NCBI GenBank assembly: GCA_964354495.1
Contig: CAYHAA010000009.1
Location: 30,001 to 62,000 of the forward strand
DNA from: an uncultured archaeon
GTDB taxonomy: Archaea; Asgardarchaeota; Thorarchaeia; Thorarchaeales; Thorarchaeaceae
Reading direction: 5' to 3'
Length of the DNA stretch: 32,000 nt
In this document: positions 25,596-32,000 of the stretch, one piece after another
Layout: the number at the start of each line of letters is the position of its first letter
Numbering within the stretch: position 1 is the first letter of the stretch
Notes under the pieces: model-generated
What the model saw: the letters and a program-made list of their open reading frames with translations, nothing else
Database searches by the model: none
What the model was told of the DNA's origin: nothing
Position numbers and translations under genes: made by a program

Positions 25596-26465
25596 GTGTC
25601 AAGAGTCCTGATTATCGGCGCAAACAGCTTTGACTCAGGGAAGACGCAACTTGCCATCAATCTTGGACGGGCAGTCATCGAATCAGGCTTCTCAGTTGGT
25701 TACTTCAAGCCAATCAGCGGCCATAACTACTGGTACAACTATGAGCACACAAAATGGTGTCTTGAGAAGGGTTGTCTTGTTTCTAAGGATGCAACTCGCG
25801 TCAAGAATGCTCTTGACATCAAATCTGATTTGCTGCTGATGAACCCGGTTCATAGCATGTTCGTTCCTGCAAGAATCAGAAGACCATTACAGAATATACC
25901 AAACAGCTTGGCACTATCGGGCTCCACCTCTGTCCTTGTGATGCAGAGGTTCAGTGAACCGACAAAGAGAGGAGTAGATACGACCATACTAGTAGCCGAT
26001 GAGCTTGTTGATAGCCAGCAGCTAATGATAGGACCGGATGAGATAGGTAGGCTGTCGCATGGCGCCGCTATTCTGAATGCAAATAGCCTCGAGGCCTTTC
26101 AAGAATATGAGCACCTCCACTACGATGCATCAGTCACTGGGTCTTTTTCAGACATTGAGAAAGAGACAGACTTACTCATTATCGAGTCATTCAATGACTC
26201 AGCATGGCCGTGGGAAAGCTTGGAATCTGTTGACAATGTCCTCGTCGTCAGTCCGGGGCATGTATTTGGGTATGAACATGAACGATTCAGGAGAGCTGCC
26301 TTTCTCATGAAGAGAGGAAATCTTCCAATCAGAGAGGTCACCTTTGGAAGAATGTCAGACCTTCTGAAACCGACATCTGCAATCATTATGGAACCAAATG
26401 CTAGTCTCACTTCCGACCAATTGAAGGAACTTGGCATCGAGTTACGCGCGGGAAAGGATGATTAG
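25596..26465 (+). CDS. Archaeal P-loop NTPase of the dethiobiotin-synthetase-like superfamily (COG4028-like)
   Basis: VLIIGANSFDSGKT (Walker A variant), YFKPISGHNYWY, LMNPV and LLIIESFND (Walker B-like). GTG start after GAGGT. Confidence 0.75.
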   Translation: MSRVLIIGANSFDSGKTQLAINLGRAVIESGFSVGYFKPISGHNYWYNYEHTKWCLEKGCLVSKDATRVKNALDIKSDLLLMNPVHSMFVPARIRRPLQNIPNSLALSGSTSVLVMQRFSEPTKRGVDTTILVADELVDSQQLMIGPDEIGRLSHGAAILNANSLEAFQEYEHLHYDASVTGSFSDIEKETDLLIIESFNDSAWPWESLESVDNVLVVSPGHVFGYEHERFRRAAFLMKRGNLPIREVTFGRMSDLLKPTSAIIMEPNASLTSDQLKELGIELRAGKDD

Positions 26466-26473
26466 GCGCGTTG

Positions 26474-27475
26474 ATGTCGAAATTGCAGGACAATAGGGAC
26501 CGACACAGTGGAGACAATAGATTGACCGAGGACTTGGATTGGGAGCTTATTATCATAGGTGGCGGACCAGCAGGGATGACTGCAGCCATCTACGGGGCGC
26601 GCTACGGATTGAAGACGCTCCTCCTCGAATCTAAGGTTCTGGGGGGAGCCCAGGCTACAAGTCCCGGTATTGAGAACTATCCGGGGTACACCTTCATCGT
26701 CGGCATAGAGCTTGCAACCAAAATGAAGGAGCAAGTAAGAAAGTCAGGAGCAGTGATTAGAGAGATTACTGACGTGCGGAGTATTGTTAGAGAGAGTGAT
26801 GATGGCGACTTCCTCCTCGACACACGACGCGGCGTCTATCGGGCAAAAGCAATAGTCATTGCCACAGGTGGAGAACACAATCACCTGGATGTGCCTGGAG
26901 AGGATAGGCTTACAGGGCGTGGTGTCTCTTTCTGTGCAACCTGTGATGGGCCATTGTTCAGAGACAAGACAGTAGTCGTTATTGGAGGCGGGGATACTGC
27001 GGTGACAGAAGCGCTCTATCTCGCAGAAATCACCAAGAAGGTCTACTTGGTCCACCGCCGAGATGAGCTCCGAGCAGAGAAGGCAGTTCAGGATTATCTG
27101 TTCAAGTCCAAAGTGGAAATACTCTGGAGTTCTGTGGTGAAGGAGATCAAGGGGAACGATCTTGTAAATGAGATCATTCTGGAGAATGCAAAGACAGGAG
27201 AAACTAGCTCCTTGATGGTTGATGCAGTGTTCGTTGCTCTAGGTTCAAGACCAGAGAGCGGACTTGCAAAGAGCATCGGGGTAGAAACTAATGACCGTGG
27301 CGAGATACTTGTGAACGCCAAACAGGCAACGAACATAGCAGGGGTCTTTGCTGCAGGGGATGTTGTAGAGTCTATGAAACAGATAGCAGTTGCCGTGGGG
27401 CACGGAGCAATAGCTGCCGATTCTGCATATGCCTATATTAGAAGGACCTCGAGGGGACCAATAGGCTATGCGTAG
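26474..27475 (+). CDS. trxB: Thioredoxin-disulfide reductase
   Basis: FAD motif IIIGGGPAG, IENYPG, redox CATCDG, NAD(P)H motif GGGDTA...HRRDELRA, and FAAGDV. Confidence 0.95.
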   Translation: MSKLQDNRDRHSGDNRLTEDLDWELIIIGGGPAGMTAAIYGARYGLKTLLLESKVLGGAQATSPGIENYPGYTFIVGIELATKMKEQVRKSGAVIREITDVRSIVRESDDGDFLLDTRRGVYRAKAIVIATGGEHNHLDVPGEDRLTGRGVSFCATCDGPLFRDKTVVVIGGGDTAVTEALYLAEITKKVYLVHRRDELRAEKAVQDYLFKSKVEILWSSVVKEIKGNDLVNEIILENAKTGETSSLMVDAVFVALGSRPESGLAKSIGVETNDRGEILVNAKQATNIAGVFAAGDVVESMKQIAVAVGHGAIAADSAYAYIRRTSRGPIGYA

Positions 27476-27651
27476 CTCTGCACCTCTGAAACCCAACTAG
27501 ATGACTCGTATGATATCCTTGTCAGACTTGATGATTGAGTTCCATAGTACGACTCTTGAGGATGGAAATGTTAATAACACCGCCGTGAGGCCGATGGGCA
27601 ACGCGCTGAGCCAACCTTCTCAACGTCAAGAACGCAGACCGGGATGTCCCT

Positions 27652-28860
27652 ATGAATAAGGTAAAGGTAATCACCATTACATTTGCGGTTCTACTGGTGC
27701 TGATAGCAGCCTCTGCACAGCCTGTTGCTGCTGCAAGTAGATATGACACTCTGAACTCCTATATTAGCGGGAGATACGATGCCGAAAAAGGCGGCTACAG
27801 CCCTCCAAGTGATGGTGTTGTTCGTGTTGATGCTACCTATGGTGCAATCTTGGCACTAGATGAACTAGGTATCTTGGACAGTCGACCACCGCCCGTCAAC
27901 CTGGCGAAGGCTCTCGACTCTCTGATAGATCGCCAATGGGCATCAAACAGAGCCGATAACGCACTGGATCGTGAGAGATACGGTGGATTCAGTGAATACC
28001 TCGTTGGCCCAGTGACTATGGAGATGACATACATGGGCATGATACTCTATCAGAAACTCAAGGCACAGTCAGACTACCCGGGTATCAGTACAATTGACAT
28101 CAATACCACTGCGCTTCTCATCTATGTCAACAGAACTCAGTCAGCCAATGGCGGCTTTTCCAGCAAACCAAACATAACTACAGATATCGTGTCAACATAT
28201 CAGGCACTGACCATACTCGACTTGCTAGATGAGTACAACTCATCACTGAATGCATGGGATTGGCTGACTAATGAAACAGCGACCCTCGCATGGATTAATG
28301 ACTGTCGTCAGGGTGACGCCTTCAAGCTCAGCCCTGATTCGTATACATCCAGTTTGACCGCAACTGCAGCCGGCATCATGTCACTGGGCTACTTCCAGAA
28401 TGTCCTATCAATTCCTGGCCTTCAGGCAGCCAATAGCTGGATTCTAGAACGGCAGATATTGGAAGCAGAGAGTCCTGATTTCACAGGCGGCTTCGAGGAG
28501 GGAAATGGTACAGCAGATGTCAACCTCGCAAGCACCTACTATGCTCTCAAAGCGCTCGATTTTTCCGGTGCCGACCTATCAGTGAATGAATCTGCAGTGA
28601 CGGACTTCATACTCGACTGCCAAGCAGCTGATGGTTCGTGGGGTTACGTTCCAGGCGAAGAAGTGGGTTCCTTGATGTACGCGGGCCAGGCTTGCGAACT
28701 CCTGAACATTATTAGCCATGGCGATGCGGGCGATATTCTTGCATCATCAGAAGATCCAAACGTTCCAAGTGGTTTCATTCTAGACTGGAGATTCTTCGTC
28801 GTTGGCGGCATTATTGTTGTCGCTCTGGTGCTCGCAGTTGTGAGTCTCAGATGGGACTGA
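27652..28860 (+). CDS. Exported, membrane-anchored prenyltransferase-repeat (alpha/alpha barrel) protein
   Basis: Signal peptide ending AQPVAA. Repeats D.TYGA, QSANGGFS...DIVSTYQA, GGFEE...NLASTYYA and CQAADGSWG. C-terminal TM helix; N-glycosylation sequons. Confidence 0.75.
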   Translation: MNKVKVITITFAVLLVLIAASAQPVAAASRYDTLNSYISGRYDAEKGGYSPPSDGVVRVDATYGAILALDELGILDSRPPPVNLAKALDSLIDRQWASNRADNALDRERYGGFSEYLVGPVTMEMTYMGMILYQKLKAQSDYPGISTIDINTTALLIYVNRTQSANGGFSSKPNITTDIVSTYQALTILDLLDEYNSSLNAWDWLTNETATLAWINDCRQGDAFKLSPDSYTSSLTATAAGIMSLGYFQNVLSIPGLQAANSWILERQILEAESPDFTGGFEEGNGTADVNLASTYYALKALDFSGADLSVNESAVTDFILDCQAADGSWGYVPGEEVGSLMYAGQACELLNIISHGDAGDILASSEDPNVPSGFILDWRFFVVGGIIVVALVLAVVSLRWD

Positions 28861-28937
28861 GAGAGACAAATCTTTATCTCTCCTCCATAGCAATCGAGTC
28901 TCAGAGCCGTCATAGGCCGATATACTTGGTGTGATTT

Positions 28938-30518
28938 ATGGCACATTCCGAACCTGATGAGGAGTCAATTCCAAGATACAAACGTGGGTATGAGTGGTTC
29001 TCCCACATTGCCAATAGCAGTCTGTCAAAGAAGAATTGGAGACGTCTTGGCCTTTTTTCCTTCTATGATGAACCATATGCAGAGAGCAGTTTCCTTTACC
29101 TCTCGCCGAAGCAAGTCATGCTCACTATGGCAAGAATAGCCAAGAAGAAGGAGTCAGGTCTGCTCTTTGTTGTTGATGCCATGGAGAAGGGGGAGATGGG
29201 TCTGAGTACGAAACAGGGTTTCAATCAGTTCATGGAGCTCTTTCAAGGCCTATTCCCTGAGTTTCAGAAGTATTACTTCGGTCCCAAGGAATCAGATAGA
29301 GAATGGCTACATGTCTACACACCTCTGAGAATACCCCTGCAATGGCTCGTCAAGCGACCCAATGTCTTTGCAGAAGTCTTGTCGGATGCCTCTTTTGTGG
29401 GCGAAGAAGTGGCACCTGCTGACGCTGCATTCGAGGATTTCGCAGGGATGATTGAAGTCCTGGATGAGAAATTGGGACCGCCTTCCCTCACTGATGAGGT
29501 CATGGGAAAGATACGTGACACGGAGGCCAGTAGCTACGCCGGAGAGGCGGTTGGCCTCATGACGGTCTTTGTTAGTCCTACAACTGCTGTCACTCGTGGC
29601 GTGAAGTACCTTGGAAAGTTCATGTCTCTTGTTAAGGACAGGAGAAAGCAAGAGATAAGGGATGTCTATCAAGAGTGGACTGAGCGGGTAAAAACAGGTT
29701 ACTCTGAGGAGAAGCTGAGGAAGTTCTTTGACGACTCTCCAGACTACAGCTCTGGAATCATTGAAGCGATTGCCTCTTTCGAGCCGGTCCTCTTGATACT
29801 TGAGACGAGGGGCACCCTCTATGATCTGTTCCTACCCTTGGTTTTGAAGCAACTTGTTGAAGAGATTGGGTTTGTCCCCCCTCACAGACGACCTAAGAAG
29901 AAAGAGGACAAGAAGAAGGACAAATCAAGAAGCGATGATGACAGTGACAGCCGGCTCACCTATGAATCGGTGGATGAAATTACAGCGGAAGACCTTCCTC
30001 CAGTGACCGACCAGCTCGTTCAGACTGTGATTGATCAGGAGGAAGAGCTTGCTCGAGTCAACGTTGAGATGTCTGACGTTGAATTCGAGGGCAAACCTGA
30101 GACCATTCTCTTCTTGGACGCAGCCACGCACTTATCGAAGTTTAGCAGGTCCTTCAAGTTCGCACTGAACATTCCAGAGAAGTATCCGAATATGTCAGTC
30201 GCCGCATCCTTCTTCACTGACAGAGAGAAGATCAGCCCCACGCTTCAAGATGGTGTCATGGACTACATGAAAGAGAGAGCCCTGATCTTCGACCTTCATC
30301 CAGCACTCTTTGATCTAGTCACCGCAAGAATGCCCGTATCAAGAAAGGCATGGCTGAATGGCAAGCTCCAGGAGATGGAGAGAATTAGGTCCGAAGGCGA
30401 GGTGGCATTTCTAGAGTACGTCGGCGATGAGAAGATCAAGTGGAACTTGCGAGTCGTGGAAAAACCAGAGAGAGAAGCCCTAGCCCGAATTCGTAGGTGG
30501 TTCGGTGGATCGCGGTAG
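28938..30518 (+). CDS. Hypothetical protein (526 aa), possibly with a degenerate P-loop NTPase-like C-terminal domain
   Basis: Long ORF co-oriented with its neighbours. Charged low-complexity insert KKKEDKKKDKSRSDDDSD. ILFLDAA resembles a Walker B motif; no intact Walker A. Confidence 0.7.
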   Translation: MAHSEPDEESIPRYKRGYEWFSHIANSSLSKKNWRRLGLFSFYDEPYAESSFLYLSPKQVMLTMARIAKKKESGLLFVVDAMEKGEMGLSTKQGFNQFMELFQGLFPEFQKYYFGPKESDREWLHVYTPLRIPLQWLVKRPNVFAEVLSDASFVGEEVAPADAAFEDFAGMIEVLDEKLGPPSLTDEVMGKIRDTEASSYAGEAVGLMTVFVSPTTAVTRGVKYLGKFMSLVKDRRKQEIRDVYQEWTERVKTGYSEEKLRKFFDDSPDYSSGIIEAIASFEPVLLILETRGTLYDLFLPLVLKQLVEEIGFVPPHRRPKKKEDKKKDKSRSDDDSDSRLTYESVDEITAEDLPPVTDQLVQTVIDQEEELARVNVEMSDVEFEGKPETILFLDAATHLSKFSRSFKFALNIPEKYPNMSVAASFFTDREKISPTLQDGVMDYMKERALIFDLHPALFDLVTARMPVSRKAWLNGKLQEMERIRSEGEVAFLEYVGDEKIKWNLRVVEKPEREALARIRRWFGGSR

Positions 30519-30606
30519 ATTGCGACCTCTCCCGCAAGAGATATAATCAGCATAGCAGCATGTCTTGATGACTGTCCGGAGGCAGATACATTTGAGTAAG
30601 GGTGAT

Positions 30607-31017
30607 ATGACTCAGGCAAGAGTTCTGAAAATAGTGAAGGGTAGTACAATCACACTTCCTGCAGAATTTGTGGAGAGGATAGGACAATCATATGGCTTGA
30701 CCATTCTGGTATTGAAAGATGGCAATGTAAAGATGTATCCTGTCGATAGCGACAAAGTAATGTATCTCAGGCTAGTCATCGATAAGTTGAGCAAGAGCTT
30801 CCTCGAAGAACTTACCATGGTATTCATGGAAGTAGGACTTGAGGACATTCTATTCACAAGCGGAATCTGCCAAGCAGCTGACCAGTGCTTCTATGAATGC
30901 TATTTCACACCCAAACAACTGAATGTGGAAATAGGTTTGCTTGATAAACGCCTAAGGACTATTACTGGCGTCAAGCAGGTCGAACTGGAAAAAGTTGCGA
31001 CAAGCCAAGGCTGCTGA
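30607..31017 (+). CDS. Putative regulator: AbrB/SpoVT-like N-terminus plus ACT-like C-terminus
   Basis: ARVLKIVKGSTITLPAEFVERIG resembles the AbrB swapped hairpin. The C-terminal part has a beta-alpha-beta-beta-alpha-beta pattern ending TITGVKQVELEKV. ATG 30607 follows GGTGA. Confidence 0.55.
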   Translation: MTQARVLKIVKGSTITLPAEFVERIGQSYGLTILVLKDGNVKMYPVDSDKVMYLRLVIDKLSKSFLEELTMVFMEVGLEDILFTSGICQAADQCFYECYFTPKQLNVEIGLLDKRLRTITGVKQVELEKVATSQGC

Positions 31018-31079
31018 GTTCGCTCACGCAGATCGGGATATCTCATGCCTCATGAATAACAAGAGGACTATTGGTCTAC

Positions 31080-32000
31080 ATGTCAGGTATTGTGGGCATC
31101 ATCCTGGTTGAACCGCTAGGTGATGCTGAATCCGTCATTTGTCGCATGTCAAATGCACTCCAACATCGAGGGGGTGAGTTGCTTCACCGGACTCTGCACG
31201 GAAAGAACTCATCCAGCAGCGCACTCATCTCAGTGAGAGCACAGGAGAAGAATGCAGCATTGATTGAATCAAGGCAGGATGGTCTGCAAATCGTCGATTC
31301 ATTTCCTCTCTTTCATGGGCAGGAGGACAGAGACCCTTTCCATAATCCAGAAGTCTTCAATACTCTCCTGTTACGTATTGATACAAGCGGACTTCGGATA
31401 TCCAGGTCACTCGATGGGACTCGTGGGCTCTACTATGTTCGTCTGGACCATGGTGTTGCTTTTGCTACTGAAAAGAAATGCATCTGGGCAATAGCTCAAG
31501 AAAGGAGCGAGATATTAGATCCGGGAGATGTATTGTCGTTCACGTGGGAAGGAGAACTCGCTATCACGCATTTGAGAGAACTTCAGATACCAGCAATCGA
31601 TAGAACCGTCGAGCGGTTCACAGCTCTTGAAAAACTGCAGAAGACACTCAACGCATCGTTCAGACATCTGAAGAGAGCAAAAAGGTGCTCAGTGCTCTTC
31701 TCAGGGGGAGTTGACAGCTCACTTGCAGCCTTACTGACAAAGAAGAATTGCAGAGATACAGTTCTTGTAACGGCAGCATGCAAAGGCTCTCACGACGAAG
31801 AAGCAGCGGTCAAATCAGCTGAATTGATGGGGACGAAGAGCATAGTAATTGAAGTCGATGCAAGTTCCATGTGGGAGGCACTCCCCGAGGTAATTCATTC
31901 AATAGAGACAAGCAATCGGATGCAAGTGGAAATCGCCTTGCCATTCTTCTTTGCAGCAAGAGAAGCAAAGAGGAGAGGATACAGCCTAATGGTTTCCGGC
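31080..32000 (+). CDS. Asparagine synthetase B-like protein, partial (runs off the window end; missed by the ORF track)
   Basis: Manual translation gives MSGIVG...LQHRG...DGTRGLYY...FATEKKCIW...LFSGGVDSS...QVEIALPFFFAAREAK...SLMVSG. The frame is open to base 32000. Confidence 0.88.
   Translation, partial: MSGIVGIILVEPLGDAESVICRMSNALQHRGGELLHRTLHGKNSSSSALISVRAQEKNAALIESRQDGLQIVDSFPLFHGQEDRDPFHNPEVFNTLLLRIDTSGLRISRSLDGTRGLYYVRLDHGVAFATEKKCIWAIAQERSEILDPGDVLSFTWEGELAITHLRELQIPAIDRTVERFTALEKLQKTLNASFRHLKRAKRCSVLFSGGVDSSLAALLTKKNCRDTVLVTAACKGSHDEEAAVKSAELMGTKSIVIEVDASSMWEALPEVIHSIETSNRMQVEIALPFFFAAREAKRRGYSLMVSG

Noticed and set aside
31080-32000. Gat-QueC archaeosine enzyme linked to queD/mptA
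   Set aside because: The synthetase domain follows the AsnB pattern (EALPEVI...IALPFFF...MVSG), not QueC, and the glutaminase Cys is missing.
1-32000. CRISPR array, tRNA, rRNA, SRP or RNase P RNA; the remaining short antisense ORFs in the track
   Set aside because: I saw no regularly spaced repeats, cloverleaf/T-loop consensus or diagnostic RNA motifs by eye. The other short ORFs lie within or opposite well-supported genes.

Overview
Archaeal chromosomal window, most likely from an Asgard archaeon of the Thorarchaeia type (inference from the archaeal housekeeping genes plus membrane proteins with longin-like tails). Housekeeping genes: metG (partial), mptA/folE2, queD, ATP-dependent DNA ligase, rps17e, thermosome, trxB, and an AsnB-like gene (partial). 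The most striking element is a tandem pair of large paralogous cell-surface proteins (8356-13437 and 13634-17173). They share an extracellular head, carry Ig-like stalks of different length (about 8 vs 3 repeats), have one TM helix, and end in a conserved cytoplasmic longin-like domain plus a winged-helix-like tail, which is a receptor-like layout. The 3.5-8.3 kb region is accessory. It holds an FG-GAP/VCBS beta-propeller surface protein, several small or decayed membrane-protein ORFs, a repeated palindrome and a cluster of hairpins. An unannotated, frameshifted SdhB/FrdB-like remnant lies at about 23405-23628. Other genes: an orphan DNA methyltransferase, an orphan histidine kinase, two (alpha/alpha)-barrel prenyltransferase-repeat proteins, and several apparently catalytically degenerate enzymes. 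I saw no rRNA, tRNA, CRISPR array, integrase or transposase. All family calls come from motif recognition by eye; no database search was run.
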